A stretch of 64,000 nucleotides of DNA. It comes from Alphaproteobacteria bacterium. GTDB lineage: Bacteria > Pseudomonadota > Alphaproteobacteria > CALKHQ01. Shown here one piece after another: positions 21,474 through 31,545 of this stretch; position 1 is the stretch's first letter, and each line of letters opens with the position of its first letter. The notes beneath the pieces were generated by a model that saw only the letters and a list, made by a program, of their open reading frames with translations, was not told the origin of the DNA and searched no databases. The DNA is taken from positions 32,001 to 96,000 of the forward strand of contig CBDDFZ010000001.1 in assembly GCA_965227515.1 (NCBI GenBank), given 5' to 3'. The translations under genes and the position numbers were made by a program.

Positions 21474-23432
21474 CTATGCGCTGAGCGCGAACGGCGCGTC
21501 CGGTCGCTCGCCCGCGTGTGGTGCGGCATCGCGGTACACCCATCGAAAGCCGCCAAACCTGCAGAGCCCCGACTGACCGTCCGGCGACTGGTCGATGGCG
21601 ACCAGGAATGCGTGCCTTTGGCTCTCCACCGGGAAGCTGAGCTGGCGCACCTCCAGCCCGTCCAACACATCCTGCGCGCAGTTGAACGTCTCGCCATCGA
21701 ACAGGGCGAACTTCATCTGGCCGGATTGCTCGGCCAGTTCGACCGTGATCCAGGCCTGCCCGCCCGCCGCGATGGTGGCGACAACCTCATCCGGGTAGTC
21801 GAGACGCACGAACTGGCACGTCTTCGTCTGGTGGCAACTGTCGGCCGTGAGCACCATCTCGCGCGACCGGCAGCCCAGGTTCGGCGCCTCGAAAATCTCG
21901 CCGGTCGGAAGCGCCATCCGGCAGTCGAGGCCAGTCGCCGGCGCCACGCGCCGCTCGGTCATCCCGTCCTCGAACGGCATGCTCGGAAACACCTGGAACA
22001 ATGAGGAGATGGCGAGCAGCGAGCGCGAAACCTCGTTGTCATGCCGCAGCATGTTGTTCTGACCGGCGAAGTACACGCTGCGGTATATCGGGCCTTGCGC
22101 ATGGGCGTGGGCATCGTAGAGCGGCCTGATCAGTCGGTTGAGCGCCAGCATGAACGTTCCGGCGAATGCCCGGGACCGATCCTGTGCGTCGGGGAGCGCG
22201 GAAAACCACGCGCTGACAAAGCTTTCCTCGAAATCGGCGTAGCGCGCCGCCCAATCGCCTTCCGCGAATCCCCTCAGCACGGCCTGATAGGCGGTCGGCA
22301 TGCTGCGCGACGGCGTCGTGTGCCAGGACGCGTCGTTGGCCGGTGCAACCTCCGGGTGGTCGAACAGCGTGGCGCATCCAGCCTCCAGCGTGAACAGGAC
22401 GGGAAATGCGCGAATATCGTCGCGCATGGACGACCGGGAGTCGCGGAGCAGGTCCATCTCGTCTCGCGACAGGCCAAGGAAGTCCGTCTGGACCGCCGCC
22501 AGCATCTGCGCGTCGATCTCGGCCATCCGGCTCTCGGACATGCTGTCCAGCACACGCTGGCGCAGGTGGCGGCCGATGCCCTCTCCCATGACCGGATTGA
22601 ACGCCATCCAATGGAGATAGGCGCGCAGGTAGAACAGCCGCGTGCTCTCCGGCACCGGAATGCCGCGCTCCGCGCAGCACGCGTCGATGATCTGGGCGCC
22701 AGCGTCGATGGTGTCCATGAAGTCCGGGCTGGCCGGCCCAAACTGACGGTTCAGGGCGTCGTAGTTCAGATTGGCATCGTGGCTGGAGAACACGATGGAG
22801 ATGTCCGGCAACACATGGACCTTGCCGCAGAGCGCGCCCAGGCCGGCATGCAACGGCTCGGCAAACGTCTCGTCGCGCGTGTAGAGGGTCAGCGCCGGGC
22901 ACGCGAACTTGCGCGCGTCGCTGCGCCACGTCGCGAAGTCGGTCGGCCAGTGACTGGCGAGCAGGTGGGACAGGCGGTCGAGCGGCGCGTCCTGCTCCAG
23001 CGGCGCAATCTCGCTGATCGAGACCGAGACACGGTCGCCCAGTTGCGTCATCCACACCATGCCGCCGCAGCACGCCGCGTAATCGTCGTGGTCGCGCAGG
23101 AATTGGATCGACTTGCGCACCACCGACGCGACCATGAAGTTGTCGTCATGGCACAGGGTCACGAACGGCGTCTCGACCATGTGCGCCGCGATATCGAACT
23201 GCTCGATCGCGCCGACGCCGTCGTCGAGCTGGACGTGCCGGACCGGCATCCGCTCGGCGAATGGCGCGACGATCTCCCGGTTCTGCGACCGGGAAGGCTC
23301 AGTACTGCCGTCCACGATCAGCACGCCGCCGATGGGCAAGTCCTCGGCAATCGAGCGCAGCAACCGGTAGAGGTATTGCGGGCGATTGAACGTATTGATC
23401 AGCAGCGTGTGGTCGTCGAACTGGTCTGACAT
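21474..23432 (-). CDS. GT-A glycosyltransferase (TIGR00180-like) with a long uncharacterised C-terminus
   Basis: INTFNRP..L.R, IVDGS, TPFVTLCHDDNF, FL..H.DY..C.G. Confidence 0.75.
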   Translation of the reverse strand: MSDQFDDHTLLINTFNRPQYLYRLLRSIAEDLPIGGVLIVDGSTEPSRSQNREIVAPFAERMPVRHVQLDDGVGAIEQFDIAAHMVETPFVTLCHDDNFMVASVVRKSIQFLRDHDDYAACCGGMVWMTQLGDRVSVSISEIAPLEQDAPLDRLSHLLASHWPTDFATWRSDARKFACPALTLYTRDETFAEPLHAGLGALCGKVHVLPDISIVFSSHDANLNYDALNRQFGPASPDFMDTIDAGAQIIDACCAERGIPVPESTRLFYLRAYLHWMAFNPVMGEGIGRHLRQRVLDSMSESRMAEIDAQMLAAVQTDFLGLSRDEMDLLRDSRSSMRDDIRAFPVLFTLEAGCATLFDHPEVAPANDASWHTTPSRSMPTAYQAVLRGFAEGDWAARYADFEESFVSAWFSALPDAQDRSRAFAGTFMLALNRLIRPLYDAHAHAQGPIYRSVYFAGQNNMLRHDNEVSRSLLAISSLFQVFPSMPFEDGMTERRVAPATGLDCRMALPTGEIFEAPNLGCRSREMVLTADSCHQTKTCQFVRLDYPDEVVATIAAGGQAWITVELAEQSGQMKFALFDGETFNCAQDVLDGLEVRQLSFPVESQRHAFLVAIDQSPDGQSGLCRFGGFRWVYRDAAPHAGERPDAPFALSA

Positions 23433-23481
23433 CGGTGCCTGGTGCGTGTTCGTGGTGAGGGCCGGCAGGACGCGAACGCAG

Positions 23482-24363
23482 CTAGACCGGGTCTGACGCG
23501 TAGTAGTCCCCGGGAACGAACCGGCTCTGCCGCCGGCCGATGCCCTGATAGGCGCACGGCATGGCGTCGTAGTCCCGCGCCGGCAGCACCCGCACGTCGA
23601 AGCTGATCCGGGTTCGGTCCGTCTTGTTAAAAGGCCCGGCGTGGATGCAGCGGGAATCGAAGATGACGAACTCGCCGTAGTCGGCCGTCACCGGCTGGCA
23701 ATGCGTCTCGCAGAAGCGGATCAGCCGGTCGTCTTCCTGGGTCGCCACGCCGAAGCGCAGATAGTCGCCGTCATAGGCCGCGTGCAGCGCGTTGCTCTCG
23801 TCCAGGTCCATGAGCAGCATGGAGCGCGATTCGGCGCAATTGGCCAGCGGCACCCAGACATTCACCTCCCTGGGCGGATGGCCCAGCATGATGTCCGAAT
23901 GATAGGTGGTCTTGCCTGGATAGCCCGGCGCATCGGGGAAGAAGACCCGGAACGTCGGCACTTCCTGATAATAGAGCGGCCCGGCATCGACAGCCGGCTT
24001 GACGACCTCGGCGATGAACCTGCGGTAGAGGTCCTGGAACCGGGCGCCGGTCTCGTACAGGGCAATGGCGACGGCGCTCTGCTGGCTCGCATCCATCGCC
24101 TGCAATTCCGGCGACACCCACTGGTGGAGGTAGTCGAGCGTGAAATCGTCCGGCAGGTTCGCGGGCAGGATGTCCTTGTCCTGCAGGACTTGCGTGATGG
24201 CTTCGGCAAGCGGCAGGCGCGCGGGCTCGAAGCGGGACAGCACGTGGCCGGCCCCATTCATGTGCTCAACCAGGCCGGGGCGCAGCATGTCCGCCGAGAA
24301 GGCCTGGAGAAACATATCGTCTTCATAATGGACATACTTGGGATGGAACGCCTGCACTCTCAT
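23482..24363 (-). CDS. Fe(II)/2OG oxygenase-like protein (StrG/PhyH-like)
   Basis: PTFRV, YHSD..GHP..EVNVWVP, IH, N.T..TRISFDVR. Confidence 0.7.
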   Translation of the reverse strand: MRVQAFHPKYVHYEDDMFLQAFSADMLRPGLVEHMNGAGHVLSRFEPARLPLAEAITQVLQDKDILPANLPDDFTLDYLHQWVSPELQAMDASQQSAVAIALYETGARFQDLYRRFIAEVVKPAVDAGPLYYQEVPTFRVFFPDAPGYPGKTTYHSDIMLGHPPREVNVWVPLANCAESRSMLLMDLDESNALHAAYDGDYLRFGVATQEDDRLIRFCETHCQPVTADYGEFVIFDSRCIHAGPFNKTDRTRISFDVRVLPARDYDAMPCAYQGIGRRQSRFVPGDYYASDPV

Positions 24364-24490
24364 GCTCCATTTTCTCGGAAGGCCGACGGCTATTCTTGAC
24401 GACGGACGCGATTCTTAAGGTTTCGCTGCCCAAAACAGCCGTCGCGCGTGTCTTTCGTCTCGGATCGCGCCACACAATGCCGCCCTTAGC

Positions 24491-24506
24491 TTAAGCGGCA
24501 GTTAAC
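24491..24506. promoter_or_regulatory. CtrA-type binding box TTAA-N7-TTAAC
   Basis: TTAAGCGGCAGTTAAC in a divergent intergenic region; perfect consensus in GC-rich DNA. Confidence 0.7.
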
Positions 24507-24554
24507 CTTAAAAGCGCAACACTGGCGGCGACCTTGCAGCAGGAGTGCCTCCGC

Positions 24555-25640
24555 GTGACACACATCGGCTCGATCTCAGGATACAAAGTGGCGACCATGG
24601 CCAAGCTGGCGGGTTGCGACGATGGGATGCCGGACTACCCGATCGCCGAGGACGACCTGACCGTTCGCGATAATTGCCCCGCCTGTGGCGCCAGCAATGT
24701 CGTGGACGTTTCGGAGGTGTACCTGCGTCGCGAGCTGAAGTTCCTGGCGACGTCAGTGTGCGCCGATTGCCTGTTCGTCTACCGCAGCACCTTTCCGTCG
24801 TTTCGCTGGTTCAAGGCGCGCTGGGCCCAGATCGCCTCGGCCAAGCCGGAGGTCTACAATCCCGATGTCGAGGCGGTGCGCGAAACCCGATATCGCGAAT
24901 ACGCGACGCTGCTCCAGTCACACCGCCGGTCCGGCAGGCTGCTGGAGATCGGCGCCGGTTATGGCGCCGGCGCGCGCATCCTCAAGGAGGCCGGCTATAC
25001 GGTCGAGGCGCTGGAGCCCGAGGACGATCGCGCCCGCTACATCGAGGAGAACCTCGGCATCCCGTGCCATCGCATGGCGCTGGAAGAGTTCGAGCCGGCG
25101 GACCGGTACGACCTGATCGTCTGTGCCCACAATCTGGAGCATGTGGACGACCCGCGCGCCGAGCTGAAGCGCATTGCCGGCTGGCTGCGCGACAACGGCC
25201 TGTTCTATTGCGAGGTGCCGCTGGTGTGGAACTTCGTGGACTGGGCCGACTCATTGTTCATGGCGCACAAGACCAATTTTTCCGAGCACACCTTCGCGCG
25301 CATGATGCAGGAAAATGGCCTCGCGCACCTGGCGACCAGCTACCCGCGCCTCAACACCCCCCATGCGGCCGACCTTGGCGTCCTCATGCAGCCGTCGAAG
25401 AACCCGCAGGACGAGGCGAGCTGGCGCCACCTGTTGGCCAAGGACAGCGACAAGTCCGTCGCCGACGTCAAGGCCGCCTACCGCCACCTGGCGCCCGATC
25501 ACCTGGCGCTGGACGGCGACCCTTTGCGGTTCTCGGTCCCGCACATCAGCCACTTCTTCCACGTGGTGCGCACCCAGTCGGGCGCGTTCGTCGATCGCAC
25601 CGACGAAACCGGCTTTATCGAGTTCGAGCTGACCGATTGA
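24555..25640 (+). CDS. Class I SAM-dependent methyltransferase with an N-terminal Zn ribbon
   Basis: CPAC...CADC, LLEIGAGYG, HNLEHVDDP; AGGAG RBS before the GTG. Confidence 0.85.
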   Translation: MTHIGSISGYKVATMAKLAGCDDGMPDYPIAEDDLTVRDNCPACGASNVVDVSEVYLRRELKFLATSVCADCLFVYRSTFPSFRWFKARWAQIASAKPEVYNPDVEAVRETRYREYATLLQSHRRSGRLLEIGAGYGAGARILKEAGYTVEALEPEDDRARYIEENLGIPCHRMALEEFEPADRYDLIVCAHNLEHVDDPRAELKRIAGWLRDNGLFYCEVPLVWNFVDWADSLFMAHKTNFSEHTFARMMQENGLAHLATSYPRLNTPHAADLGVLMQPSKNPQDEASWRHLLAKDSDKSVADVKAAYRHLAPDHLALDGDPLRFSVPHISHFFHVVRTQSGAFVDRTDETGFIEFELTD

Positions 25641-25658
25641 GTTAGAGGCTGCTCGAGG

Positions 25659-27563
25659 TCACGCGCACGCGCTTGCCGACGGCATTTCGCCCGTCAGCGT
25701 GTACAGGCGCACACCCTCGATACGGCAGTTCGACGGCGCCCCGCGCGACAGGTCGCGAATGAACAGGTAGTCGTACCTGGTGCGACGGATCGGCAGGAAC
25801 AGCTCGCCGGGTTCGTCCTCGTCGGACCGCACCACCATCGTGTCGATCTGACCGTCGTGGAACAGCCCGAACTGGACCTTGCCCGTGACCACGGCAACGG
25901 AAATTCCGAGCCAGGCCGGGCGCGTCGGGCCGAACCGCTGCAGCAACAGCGGCTCCAGATCAATCGGGATCAGGGTGATGTTGTCCTTGCGCATCAGCGC
26001 GCCCGTGCTGAAGCTGATGGTCGTCGGGACCGCCTCTGCCGTGGGGCGCGGATAGGCAATGCGGTATTGCCGGCTGTCGGCGTTCGCGACCGCGCGCTTC
26101 AGGCTGACCTCATCCGGCAGTTCAGGCGTGTCGAAGACATCGTAGAGCGTGATCGCCCGCAGGAACTGGTCGCGCTGCACGCTCTGCATCGAGCACAGGT
26201 CGAGGTGCCGCCCCCAATGGTTCGGCCGACAGGGCGGCATGCCGTTGAGCGGCTTGATCAGGGCGGTCAGGGCGCGAAGGAAGGCACCGCGGAAAAGCCC
26301 GTCCTGGTCCGGATCGTCGGCATCCGGGCCCAGCACACGCCCCGCCGACCCGGTCGCGAACGACTGCAGCAACGACTGCCAATCGCGATCGCCGATCTTG
26401 TCGAGGAACGGGCGATACTGCTCCGGAAGATCGCGGCCGGAGGGCAGAGCCATGGCCTGGTCTTCGTTCCCGGGCGCGTCCGGAATGTCGCGCAGCAGCA
26501 CATCGTCGTCGATGACCGTGAAAACGGAATAGTCCAGCGTCCGGGTCTTCGACTTCTCGCTTTGCTGGAGGTCGCGTATCCAGGATGCCGCGGGCGCCGG
26601 GAGATCGAGCAGGGACCCTAGAATCTCGCCCTCCGCCAAGGCGTCGTGGTCGCTCAACCTCTGCTGCGACACTCTCTCCGCACCCTGCTCACGCACCTTG
26701 TCGCCAATGCTGTCGAACAGGAAGTACCACTTCGCCATGTAGTAGAAGTAGCACGACAGATAATATTCCCTGGGGTTCTGCGGTGCTGCTATGCCCAGGC
26801 TCTCGCAGTACTCGACCAGGAAATCGCCGACGGCCGTCAGATTTTCGCCAAACGCGGGGCTGGACGGCCCGAACTGCCGGCTCCTGGCATTCAGCCCCAG
26901 GTGCCCGTCGTGATTGCAGAACACGACCGAGAATTCAGGGATGACGTGGAACTTGCCGTGCAGCGCGCCGACGCCGATCGACAGCGGCTCGCCCATGGTC
27001 TCGTCGAGGAAGAACATATCCAGCGCGCGGCAGCTGTGGATGCGCGCGTCCGCACGCCAGGTGGCGAAGTCCGCCGTCCAGTGGTTCGCCAGGTAGTAGG
27101 CAAACCGGTCGAGCGGATCGTCCTGCTCCATTGGCGCCACATCGTGGATGGCGGCGGTGATCCGGCCGTCCTTCTTCGTGATGTAGGTCACGATGCCGGA
27201 ACACACGGCGTAGTCCGGATTGGACCGCAGGAACGCGATCGACTTGCGCACCGATGAAGGGGTGACGAAGTTGTCGTCGTCGCAGCGCGTGAGATAGGTC
27301 GTCCTGGTGCGCTGAATGCCGGCATGGAACTGCTTGATCGCGTTCATGCCCGCCTCAAGCTGGACATGCTCGATGTCCATCAGATCGGCGAACTGCGCGA
27401 CGACCTCCACGTTCTGGGAGCGGCTGGGCTCGGTGCTGCCATCGATCACCTGCACGCGGCCCACCGGCAGGTCGGACGCGATGTACTTCAGCGTTCGGAA
27501 CAGATACGCCGGCCGATTGAACGTGTTGATCTGCAGTGTGTGGTCGTCGTAGCTGTCGGTCAC
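25659..27563 (-). CDS. GT-A glycosyltransferase (TIGR00180-like), paralog of 21474-23432
   Basis: DDHTLQINTFNRP, IDGSTEPSRSQN, CDDDNF; N-terminal half aligns by eye with the paralog. Confidence 0.75.
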   Translation of the reverse strand: MTDSYDDHTLQINTFNRPAYLFRTLKYIASDLPVGRVQVIDGSTEPSRSQNVEVVAQFADLMDIEHVQLEAGMNAIKQFHAGIQRTRTTYLTRCDDDNFVTPSSVRKSIAFLRSNPDYAVCSGIVTYITKKDGRITAAIHDVAPMEQDDPLDRFAYYLANHWTADFATWRADARIHSCRALDMFFLDETMGEPLSIGVGALHGKFHVIPEFSVVFCNHDGHLGLNARSRQFGPSSPAFGENLTAVGDFLVEYCESLGIAAPQNPREYYLSCYFYYMAKWYFLFDSIGDKVREQGAERVSQQRLSDHDALAEGEILGSLLDLPAPAASWIRDLQQSEKSKTRTLDYSVFTVIDDDVLLRDIPDAPGNEDQAMALPSGRDLPEQYRPFLDKIGDRDWQSLLQSFATGSAGRVLGPDADDPDQDGLFRGAFLRALTALIKPLNGMPPCRPNHWGRHLDLCSMQSVQRDQFLRAITLYDVFDTPELPDEVSLKRAVANADSRQYRIAYPRPTAEAVPTTISFSTGALMRKDNITLIPIDLEPLLLQRFGPTRPAWLGISVAVVTGKVQFGLFHDGQIDTMVVRSDEDEPGELFLPIRRTRYDYLFIRDLSRGAPSNCRIEGVRLYTLTGEMPSASACA

Positions 27564-27614
27564 GTGGCTGCTCCACCATTCTCGCGAATTGCGCGCAAAT
27601 CCTCGGTCGGTAAC

Positions 27615-27630
27615 GTTAATTTCGGCTTAG
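27615..27630. promoter_or_regulatory. CtrA-like box (reverse strand CTAA-N7-TTAAC)
   Basis: GTTAATTTCGGCTTAG, one mismatch, ~50 bp upstream of the GT start. Confidence 0.5.
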
Positions 27631-27641
27631 CGTGGGGTGAT

Positions 27642-29975
27642 CTAAGCAGCTGCTGGCGGGCACGCTATTGCCGGCGCGGCGGCGAGCCAGGCCATCAACG
27701 TGGCGCGCATGTGCTCGGCCGGTATGCGGGCAATGGCATCCCGGATCGCCGGGCCGAAACTCGCCAGCATCTGGCGCTCCGGGTCGGTCGCCACGACCTC
27801 GGCGCCGCCGAGCCGGACACGGGCCTTGGCAAACAAGAAGCGCTTGAGCAGGATCCTGGCCAGGCCCGTCCGCTCCAGCATCATCAAGACCTGAATGGCC
27901 AGCGGGAAGTGGAGGCTCAGGAACCGCGGGCACAGCCGCGATCCGCGCGCGAAGGCCAGGCAGATCAGACGTAGGAACCGCCGGGGGTCGGCGCCTTTCA
28001 GGCCGGCGGTCGCCATCATCATCACCTGTTCCATCGCCCACGGGTCGTCCGCGCCGAGCAACAGCATGCGGTCGAGCGCCAAGCCCAAGGCATCGACGTC
28101 GCCGCGCTGCTGCGCGATGCGCGCGCTGAGCCAGGCCAAATGAGCCTGAAGCTGTCGTTCGGGCGAAATGGCCGGAGGCGCAAACGTGTCCGGCCACCGT
28201 GCCGCCAGATCAGAGGCGATCAGGCGGTCGACGAAGCCAAAGTCGTTGAACTCATAGGCCGGCATCACCAGGATCGACCGCCGGTCGCGTTCAAGGAGCT
28301 GCCATTGCGCCTCGATCCGCGCGATGACCCGCGATGCCAGTGCGAGACGGTCGGTGTCGACCAGGAACTCGGCAATATGGACCCAGAGCTGCAGGGAGCG
28401 GGGGTTGCGGCGGCGTGCCCGGTTCAGGGTCGTCATCAGCGCGCATGCCGCCTTGCGCCGGCCAAGCACCTGGCGCCGCAGCAGATGCTCCTGCCGATCC
28501 CAGATCGCCAGGCTGGCCAGCGCCACAAGCCGCTCATCGTAGGGCACGTCGTCACCCTCGGCCAAGGGGGTCAACAATGCGCGCCTGAGGGCGGGCTGAT
28601 AGGCCTGAATGGGATTGTGCTTGGCGGCATAGACGCCGCGAACGGGCGGCGCGTCGTATCGCTGGGCACTTTCGTCTTCCTCGGCACCCATGAATGCGGG
28701 CCAGCTGACGCCGGACTTCGACATCTGCCCCAACAGCGTGACGTATCGCGCGAACTCACGCGCCGACCTGTCGGTGGTCGGCATCTGCGCGATCAGCCGG
28801 TCAAAGCCCGCCTGATCGGCCTCCACCCGGGCCAGGCAATCGGCATAGCGGTCGAGCGCCGCCTCGACATCCCTGCCGATACGATCCGGCGCGAAGTGAT
28901 GGAAGACCGGCAAATCGGTATCCAGCAGCAAGCCGATTGAGCTGTCGTCCTCGCAGATGACGCAGGCGCCATGGGCCAGTGCCTCCACCAGGCGCCGTGG
29001 CGTGCAGTTCGGCGACCGGGTCGAACTGAAGACCAGCTTGCTGCCGGCGAGCAGGTCGAAATAGTCGTGCCGGTCGAGCATCTTGCCGTAGATCTCGATC
29101 CGCCGGCCGGCCGGCATCTGCGCCAGGGCCGCGAGCCGCTGCCGCTTGTCCGGATAGAACGGCATGTCGATGCCGCCGGTGAACAGGACGTCGATGGGCC
29201 GCCGCGCCGCCCCATGGTCGGCAAGACCGCTCAGGGCGCCGAGGTCGGGCCAGGTATCGGTCAGCCCGAACCCCCGGCCCAGGCACGGGCGGCCGAAACG
29301 GAGCTGCGATTCCAGGTGCTCGCCCGAGGCAATCGCAACCAGCCAATCGATCCAGCCCACATCCTGGCCACGGGCTGCGTAGGTGTGCTCCAGATCGTAG
29401 AAGTGGCAGATCTTCGGCGCGTCGATCGCGGCAAGCTGCGGCGGCAGAATGGTGAGGTTGTCGATGTAGAGTGCGTCGACCGGGCCGACCGCGGCAACCA
29501 GTTCGGCCGGGTCGGTCGCCGGTGTGATCGGCACATCGACCAGATCGGGCCGGTGGCCGATGGTCACCAGGTCGGCCACGGCGGCGTTGCGCACGGCCTC
29601 GACAAAGCGCACCAGCTTCTCGGTGCCGGAGAAGAACGCAATGCGCGGGCGTGCGATGCCCATGGCCGACGCAAGCGCCCTCTTGGCCGCGCCATCCGGC
29701 ACCCCTGCCAGGCGCTCATCGGCAACCTGATCGTGGCCCAGCAGCCAATGGCCGACGGCAGAGATCAAGCGCGCGCGCGGCATGGGTGCCGCGACACGAT
29801 CCAGCGCCTCGGTGCCGGCCACCTGATTGCCCAACATCACGCGGCAGATGCCCGCGACCTCCGCGTCGCCGCCATTCATCCGCAGCGCCGTGGCAAAATC
29901 TCCGGCCACCATCGCGGCATCGGCGTCGCGATAGTGCGCCTGCAATTGGCTGGCGGTTATGCGCTGCTGATACAT
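27642..29975 (-). CDS. Large putative glycosyltransferase (CgeB/GT-B-like core with helical flanks)
   Basis: RPIDVLFTG, Y.DLL..SKLVFS, R.VEALAHGA. Confidence 0.6.
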   Translation of the reverse strand: MYQQRITASQLQAHYRDADAAMVAGDFATALRMNGGDAEVAGICRVMLGNQVAGTEALDRVAAPMPRARLISAVGHWLLGHDQVADERLAGVPDGAAKRALASAMGIARPRIAFFSGTEKLVRFVEAVRNAAVADLVTIGHRPDLVDVPITPATDPAELVAAVGPVDALYIDNLTILPPQLAAIDAPKICHFYDLEHTYAARGQDVGWIDWLVAIASGEHLESQLRFGRPCLGRGFGLTDTWPDLGALSGLADHGAARRPIDVLFTGGIDMPFYPDKRQRLAALAQMPAGRRIEIYGKMLDRHDYFDLLAGSKLVFSSTRSPNCTPRRLVEALAHGACVICEDDSSIGLLLDTDLPVFHHFAPDRIGRDVEAALDRYADCLARVEADQAGFDRLIAQMPTTDRSAREFARYVTLLGQMSKSGVSWPAFMGAEEDESAQRYDAPPVRGVYAAKHNPIQAYQPALRRALLTPLAEGDDVPYDERLVALASLAIWDRQEHLLRRQVLGRRKAACALMTTLNRARRRNPRSLQLWVHIAEFLVDTDRLALASRVIARIEAQWQLLERDRRSILVMPAYEFNDFGFVDRLIASDLAARWPDTFAPPAISPERQLQAHLAWLSARIAQQRGDVDALGLALDRMLLLGADDPWAMEQVMMMATAGLKGADPRRFLRLICLAFARGSRLCPRFLSLHFPLAIQVLMMLERTGLARILLKRFLFAKARVRLGGAEVVATDPERQMLASFGPAIRDAIARIPAEHMRATLMAWLAAAPAIACPPAAA

Positions 29976-30024
29976 CTAAGCTGGTCCCTGGCGTGATTAG
30001 GGGCCAGTGATCGACCATTTATGG

Positions 30025-30039
30025 TTAGAGGCGCGTTAA
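30025..30039. promoter_or_regulatory. CtrA-like box TTAG-N7-TTAA
   Basis: TTAGAGGCGCGTTAA, ~50 bp upstream of the 777-aa GT. Confidence 0.5.
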
Positions 30040-30090
30040 GCTGCCCGCCAATCGGCAGGCAATGCGACCGGGAGGAGGGGGGCGGTGGGG

Positions 30091-30720
30091 TCAGAACGGG
30101 TAGCGCAAGCCCAACAGGATCTCGTGCGCGTCGTACTGCATCTCCAGCGTGCCGAACACCGGGTCGGTGGTGGCCAGATAGCGATAGCCGCCGAAGATCG
30201 CCACCGCATCCAGGTCGAAGGTCACGCCGGCGCCCACCTGATAGGCGAGCACGGTGTCGACCTCGCTGGCGGTGATGCCGAAGCCGGTGACTTCGCCATC
30301 TTGCATTGCCGTGCCAAGGCCCGCTGAAACATAGGGGTTCGCCACTTCGCCCGGCAGGATGTCGTAGTAGGCATTGAACAGGGCCACCGTGGTGCCCAGC
30401 GTGCCGGTGATCGCGACCGGGCCGACGCCATTGACCGACGCGGTCTCGATGTTGGCCTGGCGGTAGGAGACCTCGACCTCCGCCCTCACGTTCTCGGTGA
30501 ACCAGATGCCGAATGCGCCACCGCCACTGACCGGCAGGTCGAAGTCGACCGTGCCGCTGACACCGACGCCGCTATCGGTAAATGCCGATTCCGGCGTGAT
30601 CGACAGGCCGGTGAAGCCACTGACGTAAAGATCGCCAATGTCTTGCGCCATCACAGGCGTCGCGATGGCAATCATGGCCGCTGCAACAGCGATGCTTCTA
30701 ATGATCATGTCACGCCTCAT
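30091..30720 (-). CDS. Outer-membrane 8-stranded beta-barrel protein (Opa/OmpW-like)
   Basis: Signal peptide; RAEVEVSY, NAYYD, PYV.AGLG, AYQVGAG, C-terminal GLRYPF. Confidence 0.85.
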   Translation of the reverse strand: MRRDMIIRSIAVAAAMIAIATPVMAQDIGDLYVSGFTGLSITPESAFTDSGVGVSGTVDFDLPVSGGGAFGIWFTENVRAEVEVSYRQANIETASVNGVGPVAITGTLGTTVALFNAYYDILPGEVANPYVSAGLGTAMQDGEVTGFGITASEVDTVLAYQVGAGVTFDLDAVAIFGGYRYLATTDPVFGTLEMQYDAHEILLGLRYPF

Positions 30721-30838
30721 GCACTTCGACAGAGAAAGTCAGACAGCGTAGACAATGCCTTGGACATCAAATAGATAGCGCGATCCTTGCGCATTGTCCA
30801 ATTGCCTGTTGCCGACACTTGTTGACTCATAATCGTTA

Positions 30839-31540
30839 TCAAGCCGCCGCGGTTGCGCGCGGGCGCGGCAGACGGTACTCGCGCCGGCGCTCGGTATCGC
30901 CGACCTGAAACGCGCTGCCGGGCCGCAGATAGGTATTCGACAGCGCATAGCGGCGGGCGTCCGACCGGTTCGGAAAGAACCCGCGCAATACGTGGCCGTG
31001 CAGGAAGATCACCGTGCCGCGCGGCACGGCCAAGTCCAGGCGCTCGAAGCCATCCGGCAAAGCAGCCCCAACCGGCACACCGTCGCGGGCGCCCTCCACG
31101 GGTGCTGCGTCCAGGTGCCCGGCCCGATGCGAGCCCGGGTAGAGGAACAAGCCGCCATTGCGCGGCGAGATGTCGACCAGGGCCAGCCAGGCCAATGCGA
31201 AACAGGCGGGCTCGGCCTCGAAATAGTGACCGTCCTGATGCGGGTGGAAACCGGTCGTGCCGGGCGGTGCGACGAAGAACCGGCTGTGCAGGCCGTTCGC
31301 CTGGCCACCGACCAGCCGGTCCACCACGCGCAGTATCGACGGATGTGCCATCGTCTGCTCGAACATGCCGCCACGCAGGTGCACGTTCATCTCGTCGTGC
31401 AGCTTGTTGCGGGCAAGGCTCGGCAGGCCCTGGGCCGCCTCCAGCACCGCGTTGCACCACGTCGCGGCCAGCAGCCCTTCGGCCACCGCGAAACCCTGGC
31501 GCTCATAGTCGGCGCGCAGCTTGTCGACACTATCGGACAC
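30839..31540 (-). CDS. Phytanoyl-CoA dioxygenase (PhyH) family protein
   Basis: YERQGF, HQDG.YF, WLALVD...NG.L..YPGSH; distal His position reads Arg. Confidence 0.85.
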   Translation of the reverse strand: MSDSVDKLRADYERQGFAVAEGLLAATWCNAVLEAAQGLPSLARNKLHDEMNVHLRGGMFEQTMAHPSILRVVDRLVGGQANGLHSRFFVAPPGTTGFHPHQDGHYFEAEPACFALAWLALVDISPRNGGLFLYPGSHRAGHLDAAPVEGARDGVPVGAALPDGFERLDLAVPRGTVIFLHGHVLRGFFPNRSDARRYALSNTYLRPGSAFQVGDTERRREYRLPRPRATAAA

Positions 31541-31545
31541 AGGCC

